Positions 1 to 11,426 of a stretch of 32,000 bases of DNA are shown piece by piece (the stretch's first letter is position 1; the number at the start of each line of letters is the position of its first letter). Under the pieces are notes generated by a model, which saw only the letters and a list, made by a program, of their open reading frames with translations, was not told the DNA's origin and made no database searches. Origin of the DNA: Wallemia ichthyophaga EXF-994 (taxonomy: Eukaryota; Fungi; Basidiomycota). Both the position numbers and the translations under genes were made by a program. The stretch covers positions 120,244 through 152,243 of the forward strand of contig NW_008806274.1 of NCBI RefSeq assembly GCF_000400465.1, given 5' to 3'.

Positions 1-88
1 CATTTTTGAATTACGTCGATGCGTCGTTGATGGTGGTACAAGTGGAAGCTGCGTTGACCCGAACAGCCAACGCGGTGGAGACAAAGAA

Positions 89-1176
89 ATGTCCACATTG
101 ACGCTCAGTTCAGATTTGATGGTTAGAGCGCCTTTAGTGTACACCAACCACCGACTCACATCCCCCAGAAATCATTCAAGCCTTGCAAGGCTTTCACCGG
201 GTATTGCCAGGAAGACAAGGACATTACTGCTCTGTCTTTCGATGACACTGGCAGCACCTGCGTTACGGCTTCCTCAGACGATACCATACATCTCTTTGAC
301 ACAAAGCTGGGAAAACACCAGAAGTACTTCAGAAGCGGTAAATATGGCGTGGATTTGCCTTGCTTCACCCATTCAAGCTCAACGATTATATATGCATCCA
401 CCAAGCAAGACAACTCTATAAAATACCACAGCTTGCATGATAATAGCTACCTACAATACTACAGAGGCCACCAAGGTAAAGTTAACTCCCTCGAAATGAG
501 TCCGACAGACGATATGTTCTTATCGGCATCGAGTGATGATACTGTGAGGCTTTGGGACTTACGCACCCCTCAATGTCAAGGGTTGCTTCACATTAAGGGC
601 AACTCTATAGCCGCGTGGGATCCTAGTGGTCTTTGTTTTGCTGTCTCCCTTTACTCAGAATCCATGATCCTCCTCTACGATAAGGGTAGGTATGACCAGG
701 CTCCTTTCGCCACTTTTGCTCTCAGGGACAGAGACCACAGAGGCAGGGATATCCGTCCTCACCCTACTTGCATCAAATTTTCATCAAACGGCAATTACAT
801 CCTCGTCGGTACAAACTCCCCCTATCATTACATTTTGGATTCTTTTTCTGGCCAGATTTATTACAGACTAACCGGACACGAAACCTTTACGAGCGTAAAT
901 ATCCAGCGAGACATGCTGAGTTGGTCGCCTGATGGAAAATTCGTCGTCGGCGGTTCTAAAAATGGTAAGATTCACGTTTGGGAGGTACCACCGACTGAAC
1001 CGAGAGATGCTGCCATCAAGACACTCTCCCCAATACACACCACTGATAATCATAAAAACACTCCAAGTAAAATTGTCGCTTTCAATCCTCGCGTTGTTAT
1101 GCTCGCGACTGCTGCTTCATCTGAGTTAGCCTTTTGGCTGCCAATGCAGGACAGTCGCCGTAGCAGCCATAATTAG
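89..1176 (+). CDS. SWD2: WD40-repeat COMPASS/CPF subunit Swd2 (WDR82 family)
   Basis: Exons 89-121 and 169-1176; intron 122-168 (GTTAGA..CCCCAG). Spliced protein: MSTLTLSSDLM|KSFKPCKAF...ITALSFDDTGSTCVTASSDDTIHLFD...KYGVDLPCFTH...HDNSYLQYYRGHQGKVNSLEMSPTDDMFLSASSDDTVRLWDLR. These are typical Swd2/WDR82 motifs. Confidence 0.92.
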
Positions 1177-1247
1177 CGTCTGTCAATCGCATTCTTTATT
1201 TATGTACAGTTAATTCAATCATTCATAATAAACGTAATAGTCATAAC

Positions 1248-2296
1248 CTAAACTCTACCGCTTTGGATAAGATCTTGGACGAGTTTGGGGAGATCAGCGT
1301 AGAAGTCTTTTGTTCCTCTCTGAGGCTTCCAGCCGAGCGAACGAGCTCTAGTTGCACGACCTCTGCAATTACTACCAAAGTACCACAAAGCATCAAAACG
1401 ATCAAAGTCTGCGCTACTGAAAGACTCTACATTCGCAGAAGAGATGCGACCGTGCTTCGAGAGTGCGTTTGCCATCACGCCAACAGCCTCCGAATAGTAG
1501 TAGTGATCAGTAACACCGAAAAAGTACGATCCGCTCTTATCCGATGAGATCTTCCCCTCAATTGCATTTCTCAGTATGAGCTGGAACAGATCGACAACTA
1601 AACCTGTCAGCGAGGTCACATCATACCTAGTTCCAACTTACGCTCGTATATATGTACATTGGGCCAGATATTCTTTCCATCTCCAACAACTTTTGCTTGC
1701 TTCAACTCAACAAAAATCGCAGCGAGAGATGGCATCTGCACAGAGAAGCAATTGCTTATCCCAGCTTTATAGAGGGCATGGTCGACTGCTTGGCCCCACA
1801 CAGTCGAAGGATAGACTATATGTAGCTGCATTTTATCGCTGTGCTCGAGGAGAAACTCATCCACATCGCGATGGACTTGAGAGGTGGGGAGAGTGTTGAT
1901 ATGTTGAGAGTCGCTGTCGTCGTACGTGGTATGCTGGTCGTGGAGTCCGCGTGCATCGTCGACGAGTGCACCCGTACCAGATACGTGTATATAGATAGCG
2001 CTTTTCCCCTTGCCTTTCTCAATGCCACTGACGATGGCCTTCGTTGAGGGCATATCGTCGGCAGAGTTGGCAGTGTGGATGACGACATCCGCTTTCTTTG
2101 CCTCATCTTCTATCAAATCAAACGAATTGTTGTCGCCGACAACTGCTTCGATGTTTTTGAATTGATTCAACTTGCTCGCCTTGTCAGTGGAGCGTGTGAG
2201 TGCTCTGTAATTAAAGCTAGGCCATTGATCTGTGAATCTTGCTAGTATACTGCCGCCAATGTATCCAGTTGCGCCTGTGAGAAAAACTTGAACCAT
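1248..2296 (-). CDS. NAD(P)-dependent epimerase/dehydratase (extended SDR, Rossmann fold)
   Basis: Starts MVQVFLTGATGYIGGSIL (GxxGxxG) at ATG 2296. Intron 1641-1598 (GTAAGT..CTGAC..TTTAG) joins ORFs 1616-2353 and 1248-1619, giving WPNVHIYE|LVDLF. C-terminal FGSNCRGRATRARSLGWKP is characteristic of this fungal family. Confidence 0.9.
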
Positions 2297-2507
2297 ATTG
2301 TGAATAGACTGAGTGGTGAGTGGTGGTAAGTGGTGGAGTGTGAGGAGTATCAAATGGATTCCTATGACACCATTACATAAGCATCAGCATGATCGTAAGC
2401 GACATCGTTCTTGCTCAGAACGGATATTGAAAATAGCCTTTCCAAATCAGCGTCTCGGAACTGCTTTTTTCTGGCGATCCTTTTCCTTTACCAACAACCG
2501 CAACACG

Positions 2508-2963
2508 ATGATGAAATACAAAGACGCCCAATCGCTCGAGTACAAAGCTCAAGTCCCTTCGTTTATACGCAAAATGAAGGGTGAGCGAGTGGAAGAAGAT
2601 GAGAACGCAGATGGCGACGTAGGTGATATTGAAGAAGTCGATGAATTTGGCAGATCCCGTCAGAAGCGCACAGAGCACATTGAGCACGAGGAGGAGCAGG
2701 ACGAGAGTGATCCTATCAAAGCGCTTATAAAGGATGGAGCACAGATAGACAATTTGGATGTGTTACAAACGGCGGAATCACCAACGCAGCAGGAATCACC
2801 CAAGAAAACATCTTCGGTAGGCCAGGAAGGCGTTAACTTTGGCAGCCAGGCAAAGAAACGCAAGACAATTCTCGTTGATAACACTTCCTCTCCTCAACTT
2901 TCAACTTCAAAACAGTCAAAGAAGAAATCGAAACAAAATAAAGGATTGCTTTCGTTTGAATGA
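2508..2963 (+). CDS. Small charged, disordered protein, DUF4604/KIAA1143-like
   Basis: Likely start ATGATG at 2508. N-terminal SLEYKAQVPSFIRKMK and C-terminal KKKSKQNKGLLSFE* resemble the DUF4604 family termini (recognised from memory). Acidic middle region; no intron needed. Confidence 0.65.
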   Translation: MMKYKDAQSLEYKAQVPSFIRKMKGERVEEDENADGDVGDIEEVDEFGRSRQKRTEHIEHEEEQDESDPIKALIKDGAQIDNLDVLQTAESPTQQESPKKTSSVGQEGVNFGSQAKKRKTILVDNTSSPQLSTSKQSKKKSKQNKGLLSFE

Positions 2964-3300
2964 AGTTGCTTATAAAGGATGATAGGCACGGCCACTCCTC
3001 AAATGAGAGGATTCTGTTGGATTTACAAGGTTCAATTGAGGTTGAAGACGGCGTCGATAAGGTGGACGTGGGTAACATTGATATGAGTAATCCTGTGAGT
3101 GGAAAAGATGCTTCGAATTCACGCGTTTAACTTGTTTCTCATAGAACTCACCCGTTCTTCTCATCGGTCATCATCGAATACAAGGCAAAGTACACAAATT
3201 GGAAAAACCACTAGCAATCCTACAAAAGGGTGATAAAAATTATTACGTTAAGAATTTAATTTACAAAACACTTTTATTCACTTCAAGACCTTCTTATTAG
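2960..3300 (+). CDS. CTF8: Chromosome transmission fidelity protein 8 (Ctf18-RFC subunit), 96 aa; absent from the ORF track
   Basis: Exon 1 2960-3094 MKLLIKDDRHGHSSNERILLDLQGSIEVEDGVDKVDVGNIDMSNP; intron 3095-3144 (GTGAGT..CATAG); exon 2 3145-3300 NSPVLLIGHHRIQGKVHKLEKPLAILQKGDKNYYVKNLIYKTLLFTSRPSY*. LxLQG, IGHHRxxGKxxxLxKP and LFxxRP are Ctf8 signature motifs. Confidence 0.88.
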
Positions 3301-3308
3301 TGTACTAT

Positions 3309-4860
3309 TCACCGATGTAAATGCTTCTCCTTTAAGAAGAATGTTGGCACAACGGATAAGGTAATGAGTGCACCGGAAACACCAAATACCAATCCAGGAT
3401 GTTTGGACACGCTAGCTGCAAATATGCCACCTAGCGCGATAGGTGAGAGTACCTGTCCGAGCGCGTCAATGACATACAGTGCACCCAACGTAGCAGCTCT
3501 ATCGCGCTTGTGAGGTGCGAATGCAATCATCAGTGCTTTCAGAGCAGGCAACGCACCACTTCCTACTGACAGACAGCATATCATAACTGCCACAACTGAC
3601 GCATTGCTAGCCAAGCCAATTCCAAAGGTGAGTATGGCATCGAGTGCAAACGATATTTTCACCACCAGCACTTCAAAATAGCTAGCCGGTTCCTTGACAT
3701 GGTCAATCACTTCTTGTTCTTGAACACGGTCTTCTGTGCCATTTTCGACATGCTGACGATGTACCGACCACTCTTCATAGCTCCTCTTGAGGAAAGGCAG
3801 CGCGAGCGGGAAAACAATCAGCAAAAATATTGCCTTGAATCCTGTAAGCAAGGATAAATAAAACCCTGTCTAATGCGCCAATGTTAATTTGCTCATTGCT
3901 TGCAGCGAAACATCGCACTCACCCTGCTGGTGTCAAACTTGAATCTCTCTCCGAGATATTGAATCAGAGTTTTATCAGTGAACGCCGATCCTGACTGCAG
4001 AATAAAGACACTCAGGCAAAGCAAAAGTGGACCAGCATTCGTCTGCCCTCTGCTCCTTCCGAATATAATAGACAGTGGTCTGAAAAAGTCTTCAAGAGCC
4101 ATCTTGAAAGTCTTTGTAACTTGCTCGACATCCTGCAGCTCCAAATGTCCGTTGTGAGGGGTGTCTTTGATGTAGAAACGCAGGTATAACGCGCACAGTA
4201 CATAGATGACGAAAGAAAAGTAGTACGGCGATAAGAAATTACCAGTCACAGCTGGCAAGTATCCTCCGAAAGCAGAAGCAATAGTCAAACCTAAGAAAGC
4301 TGTACCTTCGAGATAAGACAGTTTCGTGGTACGATCGCAAACGCTAGTGATGTTGCTAACGAGGGTGGCCATTGCAAATCCAAAGGCAGCTTGACCGCCG
4401 AATGCAGAAGAAATTGCGAAAGAAATCATCAAAAGAATGCTGATAGTTGGAGTGGCGTGTATGGCCAACGGGAGAGTGATGGATGCCACTAAGGCCTGTG
4501 CTATGATGGTATAGAGGACCTTCTTCACGCCAATCTTGTCGAGCATCGACGTAGTGACAATTATCGAGAGCACGACTGGCTGGATTAGTTTGGACGGTGG
4601 TGGTGGCGGCTGCACGCACCCATGATACTATTTATGGATCCATACGCGGCAACGATAGACGCGGATAATTTCTGTACATCCTCCGCGCCACAATCGTCAG
4701 CACCCTTCACGCTACACGTTATACGCTTTATGCTGTCTATCGTTGACGGCAGAATCTCCTGCTGCGAGAAAGAAAATGCAAAAATCAGCGGCAATAGCCT
4801 TTTAAATGAAATTGAGGGATTTTCGTTTTTAGACAACAGCGGCACCGATTCGGATGACAT
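3309..4860 (-). CDS. MFS transporter (SLC46/tetracycline-efflux-like fungal family), about 484 aa
   Basis: Exons 4860-4620, 4575-3923, 3869-3309; introns of 44 and 53 nt with canonical ends. Multiple hydrophobic TM segments, motif-A-like SMLDKIGVKK, and DRTTKLSYLEGTAFLGLTIASAFGG. An in-frame upstream ATG at 4896 is also possible. Confidence 0.85.
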
Positions 4861-4894
4861 TCTTAACGCAAGACGTTGAGCCGGCAACAAGGGC

Positions 4895-6487
4895 ATGTCA
4901 ATCGCAATTCGAGCAGATGAGCCAATCGCCGTCGAAGAAGAAGTGAACAATATAAATCGCGACGATCCGATTGTTGTTGATAACATGCCACACATACAAA
5001 CCAAATCGAAGCCTTCACAGGTGTATTAGTAAGTGTTTATGTAAATATCCTCACTATCACCCTAAATCCTTAGTCTCTGGCCTTGCTACGGCCTCTACGC
5101 CATGGCAGTCGGCATGACATTTGCGCCGAATCTGGAAGTGCGGTCCAAGATAATCTGCGAAGGCTACAACACTCCCAACTGCCAAGAAGTCCCCTCATTC
5201 AAAAACGATGTCGCAGATCTCACGATAAAACTTTCACTAATCACCGGCATTTTGGCCTGTTTAACGACACCTTACTGGTCAAGTCTCAGCGACAAAATCG
5301 GCAGACTACCTGTAATCACGCTCACTAGCGCCGGATACTTCATATGTAACGCCATTAACGCGTATGTCTCAACAAGGCTCAACCCGAGTGAGATGTATTT
5401 GCTCTACGTGAGTGCAGCATTTGATGGCATCTCTGGTAGTCAAAGCACAGTAATGGCTATCAGCCATGCTTATGCTAGTGATTGCACGGACAATGGCAGT
5501 AGAGCTCACGTTTTCTCTCAACTGATGGGTGTGTTATTTCTAGGCGTCGCTGCTGGTCCTGCTCTTGCCACTTTCGTTACTAGGTACACGCGCAGTTTCG
5601 AACATGCATTCATTGCTGCAGCTGTTGCATCGATTTTGATGCTGGTCATTTCACTCATTATTCCTGAATCTTTGCCTAAACAGAAAAAAGAGCATATTCA
5701 TTCACAGCAATCTACACACTCCATGCACTCGTTGTTTAGAACACCCTCCGTCCTCGACAACTTCAAGAAACCATTCTCGATCCTCGCTCCACGTACAGAT
5801 CCAGACGATAAATCAATCAATGTCAACCTCCTAGCACTCAGTGTTGCATACTTCCCCATAGTACTTGCTATAGGTGCTGTGCAGATCAAGTTTCTCTACA
5901 CCAAATTCAGATTCGACTGGGACGTTAGCCAGTTGGGTACTTTTATAGCGTACATTGGCACAGTTAGGGCTTTAGCACTACTAGTAGTAATTCCAACAAC
6001 CATCAAAACCTTAAGACGCTACCTCAAACCAGCAGTTGAGTTGCCGACTACAACGATTTACGAAGACGAAGATGAAGATACCATTAACGAGGACTTGCTA
6101 GCCAAGTACACAGATCAAGGTGAAATCAAATTCGATTTGGTCTTGTTGAGAGTATGTTTGATCGCAGATTCATTGGCGTATGTCGGTTTGGCGTTGAGTG
6201 GAAACATTTTCACTTTCGCTGCATTTTCAGCAGTCTCAGCTCTCGGCGGTGGTGCTAATCCAGCTGCCATCTCTAGCTTAGCGCTATTACTGTCACCGAA
6301 CAAATCAGAATCCAGTGGCGCTGTCCTCGGTGCCTTTTCCAGCGTTCAATCTGCAGGTGCTCAAATTATAGGACCTGCTCTATACGGACTGATTTACTCA
6401 CATTCCCCCAATTCACTATTTCTAGTAGTTATTGGATCAACATTTTTCATCTCTTTGGCAGCAACTTTCTTTGTCAAGTATTGTTAG
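4895..6487 (+). CDS. MFS transporter (SLC46/tetracycline-efflux-like fungal family), about 515 aa
   Basis: Exon 1 from 4895 (or in-frame ATG 4985) to 5028; intron 5029-5073 (GTAAGT..CCTTAG); exon 2 5074-6487 restores TM1 (LWPCYGLYAMAVGMTFAP). Motif A SSLSDKIGRLPV, AYASDCT, RAHVFSQLMGVLFLGVAAGP; about 12 TM segments. Confidence 0.9.
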
Positions 6488-6671
6488 TAGTATTTATGTG
6501 ACATCTTAATGAATGTATTATAACGACAGTTGAGTTCTTACAGATATGAATAAAAATATATAGACGAAAAAATTTCTGCTTGGGTGTAATTTCAAAGAAG
6601 TATGCTACTTAGACCTTTGACTTTTATCTAACATGATTATAAAGAGACTATAAAAACATCATAAACCTTAG

Positions 6672-8155
6672 CTAGCTGCTTTTCAAAGCCCAATCACGAG
6701 CAAAGATTGAGGCTTTAAGGAACTTTTTGTTGCTATACTTCTTGTAACAGAATTGACTATCGAAGCGTGGTTGGCATAGTGTTTCGAGAATGTATTCAGT
6801 TGGCTTTTCTAGCTGCTTCTCTGAGAATCCAGAGTAGTAGACGAAATCTTCATTCCAATCACCACCCAACATCAATCTAGAGACGTACATTCCGACGGCT
6901 GCAGTGAGTGATGGACGAGCTCTAAGGAAACGGTGGTCAAGCAAAGCGACCTCCATGATGAATTTTGATAATGTGCGCGTTTGTATATCATAATCATCAG
7001 CTTTGCTTATCCGGCGCACCCATGTGTACGGTGATGAGTATGAACTGACAGAGAAATTGAGAGTTTGAAGAATAATTCTTTCGCCCTTTAATATTTCTTC
7101 TCTTGTGTAACCATTTTCAGTCATGTAAACGAATTCATCAACTGAAGGTGCAAGGATTTCCTCATATTTTGCAGCTATGAACATTGCAGTAACACCAACC
7201 AACTGCAACTTGACGAGACTAACCACCCTAACGGAAAGAAATCTATCGATAATGTTTATAGCAATCCATAATGTTTCAGGTAACATATGATACCTCAAAT
7301 GCACCTGCAAAAGCCAATCTATCAGCGTAGAGCGCATTGACCACTCAATTTCAGATTGGAAATCCATATAGTGAGGATTTGCCATAGTTTCTATCTCTTG
7401 TTCGCACATATAGCTGAATATTTCGGGAGCGTATTCAGCCACCATTGTAGTATCCCAGAAATCAAGATCCTCCTTATAATTAGACTGAACATGGTTTACG
7501 TGCTCGATAAGAGACGGCACTTCAACATGTCTCATAACCCAATCATCCTCATCAATATCGTCCTGTTCCATTACATCGGATTCATTATCACCGAGGTCCT
7601 CCTCGTCAGCTTCCTCGATATCAAATTTGTGGTCGTGCACTTGCACTTCGTCCTCTTCATCGGTGAGATCAATATCGGGTGGACCGTCGTCAACGCCGTC
7701 GTCGTCAGTCATCTGATCATCTTCGTTGTAGACGTGCAATTTCGAGGATGGTTGTACGATACGCAGTTTAGTCTGAGGGATGTTGCTAGCTTCGCTGAAG
7801 CTGCTTGCTCGTTTATTTGAGACAGGTTTAGATTCTGTGTTGGTGTTTGTGGGTCTCTGAAATAAGTGAAACTTAGATAAAAGAGAGAAACTTTCAAAAT
7901 AAACACACCTTGCCTTGATTAGACACATCACCAAACGCTGATCTCTTGCTATTTACGGATATCGAATTTGAGGATTTGGCGGAGCGTAAGGGCATTCCAC
8001 CAGCATTATGCTTCGATTTGAGCTGCTGGCTTAGATTATTCTCATCAGCAGTTTTGGTTCTTGATGCATTCAATCTGCGTGAGTTATTTACTTGAAGCTG
8101 TCGTTCGTGAGCCTAGCGACGACGCGGATTGCAGTGTACTCACGCGGGAAGCCAT
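6672..8155 (-). CDS. G2/M B-type cyclin (Cdc13/Clb family), about 461 aa
   Basis: Exons 8155-8144 (MASR), 8097-7909, 7856-6672. Destruction box RSAFGDVSN in exon 2. Cyclin box MRSTLIDWLLQVHLRYHMLPETLWIAINIIDRFLS...KLQLVGVTAMFIAAKYEE. Confidence 0.95.
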
Positions 8156-8203
8156 GGTTTTTTACAAGAATATGAAAGCGTTGTACTATCTGAAATAGAT
8201 TTA

Positions 8204-8209
8204 ACGCGT
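8204..8209. promoter_or_regulatory. Possible MCB box (ACGCGT) about 50 nt upstream of the cyclin ATG
   Basis: TTAACGCGTTT at about 8201-8211. MCB boxes are established fungal cell-cycle elements, but this hexamer also occurs elsewhere in the window (e.g. 3121, 13461), so chance is plausible. Confidence 0.25.
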
Positions 8210-8453
8210 TTATTCTTATCTTTGAATGGATTTTTCTTGGTGGTAGGTTGGCAAGATAGTCCTGGCCGGTTCAGTTGATCTGGCACCCAAAATGGAAAAC
8301 GATCAGCTCCGCAGGTGTCCTAGGGGGCTGTTATAGATGGGCAGCAGTGTTCACCTTTTTTTCACTCCTCCCAATACACATTCATCCTAATCCGTACATT
8401 ACGCATACATACGCGCTTATGCGCTTATTAGGTAATATCAAATTAAATCAATA

Positions 8454-11406
8454 TTATACGTCCGTCTTTACAAACATACTTAAAACTTTTACACAATTTT
8501 CAATCTGCCCGACGCTCAACTCATCCAAGAAGTCGTTACATACGAGGTTGACGACTTCAAACGCCTTTTTTATCTCAGTTGGCTGTTTGCTTTGTGTACT
8601 TGTTGCTAAAATATTTAAAACACTATCCCATTCAATTACCAAACCGTCTCCGGCGCTCTCCAGGCATTTGTGTAAAGTGTCTAACCCTGATTCGCGTATT
8701 GTCTTGAGAATATTGTTAACCGAATATCCTCCACCTTCCAGATTAAGACTAGAGAGATCTTTCAGAGCGTTTAATACACTCTTCTGTATAGCCGCCTTGT
8801 CAATCTTTTCATTCTCTTTGAAATCACCTTGCGCAGCACTCAGTCCGCCGATGAGCAATCTATTCAATACTTCCGAAGCTTCCACACGCAGTATGCTATC
8901 GAATTCCAATATATCTCCACCAACCACCATCAATAAAGTCTCAATAACCATTAACCATCCTCTCTGTGTCCCATTTTTTTGTTATCACTGATGACATCAT
9001 TTAGGGGAAATCACTTACAGCATCTCCAATCATCAATCTGCGCAAATTTAGCTGTCCAACTACGTCGATTTTTGATATTGCGAATACAGAAGACCTCACT
9101 TCTTTGCCCCCCGAAGCTCTATTACCTTCAATTGATGTGCGTGTACTCGATCTGGGCGATTTCGCTGCCGCGTTTACTCCATCTCCCACGCTCAATCGAC
9201 AAAGCGCATGTACGAAAATCTCTAACGACCTTTCGTTGAAATCAACGCTGTGCTTGAATATCTCTTCTATATTATCATATAACAGTCTAGCGTCTGATGA
9301 ATTTTGGGCAATATTTACCGCAACATTATCAGCAATAGCCGTAGTAGTACCTTGTTCAGCTGAAGGTATGTACTGCTTCTGCTTTCTCTCATAATCCAGA
9401 TGAGAGTCAAGAACATAGTGTGCATTCTGCAACGTTTCCAACACATCAAACCAAGAATCACCTAACAGATTCGACAGTACAGCTGTGAGATTGATCAGAA
9501 CGCCAAGACATATGTGGTTCCTGTTCGATAGTCTTGGCGGTGGGTATGAGAACGTAGACGATGTCGGTACAGTCGCTGTAGTTGGAGTCATGCCTATACT
9601 CATGTTCTTGCTCATACTCTCCAATGAGGGGCTGCCTATATCGCTCCTTCTTTCGTTCCACCTCACTATCGCATTAATGGCCATATTCGGGCATGACAAG
9701 CCGTACAGCAATCCCAGAAATGCATTGCGTGAAACTTCCAGTCCCAGCGTACCACTAACAACGGCCATATTCTCTACGCTTTTTATACACTTGACGAATA
9801 TGTCGTCATCTATTTCACCATTGAGGTATTGACTTAGAGTTGCGATAATAGGTGGCCACGAATCGACAATCATTTCTTTGGCCAAATTTTCACTATTCAC
9901 GATTGTTTTGAAGACATTGCATACGTCCAGTATAATAAGCAGTGCAACATAGAGAGAGCTTACATCACTGATGGCCGGCGCGTCGTGTTTATCCCTCTGA
10001 TCCATCATACGCAATTTTATTTTGCGATCAGCACTCAGCTTGAACTGTCGCTGAGAGAAATGTGTGGGTTGATTTGCAGTGTTGGTACCGACCATCGCTG
10101 CTACTTCTCCAACATAACTATACGAAGATGCGTCAACTGTAGCAGGTTCCTTGGGTATGTAGCGTGTGCCCAGCCCTGACATGTCACTATTATGTCCCAT
10201 AACGTGTGCCTTCTCACCAACAAATCTCGCTATTGCCGTGAGAAGGCTGTTAAATATATCTTTCCCCAACTGCTGGTATTGATTGATAACGATTGCTCTA
10301 TTGGAAAATAAAGACTGTGTGACCTCGAGACTGATACATTTCATCCAAGATTGACCATCATTTGATTCCAGTATCTGGATGAGATTAGTCCAGATCTCTC
10401 TACATTCTTGAACCATATCATCTAGAAAACCATCGACGAGTATCTGTGTGATTTGCATAAGTCTAATTCCGACGGCGAACCTCATGTGCTTGTCGTTAAG
10501 CATTGACTGTATGATGGGATATAATTGCTTCTTGACAAGGTAAAGTAAAGAGGGATGAGTTTTGAAGAGGTGAATATGGTTTTTGAGACAACTCTCTACC
10601 AAGTCTAATGCTGAATCTGTCGGTAAGCGACCTATATTGATGTAGCTTGGTAATTTCGTCCCGTTCAAAAGTGAGATAGCGTCTGCAAAGAGTAAATGAG
10701 CTGCAAAGGCATTAGGTGCAACAGGTACACTCGTTCCATCTTCTAAATCAACAAAGAGAGATGGCCGACTGTCGAGGATGCTCTTGTCGAGCTTGTCTTC
10801 CTCCCTTACTCTCTCGAAGACGTTCGAGACGAGTTGCATGAGAGTTGCAGAGGCTGTACTGGAGACAACAGACATCTTTGAGTCTTGCAGTCTGAACGAA
10901 ATGACAAGACATTCAGAAATCTCGTCAGCGTGTAGATCAGACGTAGTGTTGAAAAGAGAGAGTAGAATCTGGAGTATTTTAAGTTGAATCTCGAAGCCTT
11001 TTGAGATTAGTTGGCGTATGATAGCGATAACGGTGCTAACGACGGGCTTTATGGGGTGTGTTTAGATAAATGACTATGTAGACCTCTTTCGAACGCACCT
11101 GTAAAACTAGTTTGAGATTAATGAGCCTTGATAACGCGGATAAGGAGAGGGTGATGATGGAAGACGAGCTAGTCTGACAAGCCAAAACGATAGGTTTAAT
11201 TAGGAGATGTGAATGCTCTTCGTCGATTTGATCACGCTGGAGTATCTCCAAAGCCTTTTCAACAGCCTGGAAAGTGTTAGAGATGAGTTGAGATACGCCA
11301 GCCTCAGCGCCCAACTAACCTGCTTCACGTTTGGAAATTTACGTTTCGTGTCATTTCCGAGATTTTGTAATTCATTTCTTAGTAAACCAAGCGAAGTGGT
11401 GGACAT
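8454..11406 (-). CDS. MON2: Mon2 (Arf-GEF-like endosome/Golgi scaffold), about 930 aa, apparently lacking the C-terminal domain
   Basis: Exons 11406-11320, 11266-11099, 11046-9019, 8963-8454; introns of 53, 52 and 55 nt. N-terminal LRNELQNLGNDTKRKFPNVKQ|AVEKAL, FEIQLKILQIL, SVVSSTASATLMQLV, LDLVESCL, WMKCISLEV, MDQRDKHDAP and AFEVVNLVCNDFL match Mon2 blocks as I remember them. Confidence 0.88.
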
Positions 11407-11426
11407 GGACGTTAGAACGAACAATC

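Noticed and set aside
1-88. CAT at 1-3 as the start of a divergent upstream gene
   Set aside because: It fits the alternation pattern but cannot be tested without sequence left of the window.
89-421. 110-aa ORF from the SWD2 ATG
   Set aside because: It is the unspliced read-through of SWD2 exon 1; removing intron 122-168 gives the conserved Swd2 frame.
2313-2507. N-terminal extension of the DUF4604-like ORF (GTG 2313, ATG 2364)
   Set aside because: It crosses the divergent promoter region, and family-like sequence begins only at ATG 2508. Not fully excluded.
2970-3164. 64-aa minus-strand ORF
   Set aside because: It is antisense to the well-supported CTF8 gene and has no recognisable motif.
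8263-8310. Small hairpin AGTTGATC...GATCAGCT in the cyclin upstream region as a possible ncRNA
   Set aside because: An 8-bp stem with a G-U pair is expected by chance, and no snoRNA boxes or tRNA fold are evident.
8275-8991. 238-aa plus-strand ORF
   Set aside because: It is mostly the antisense shadow of MON2 exon 4, with no domain features.
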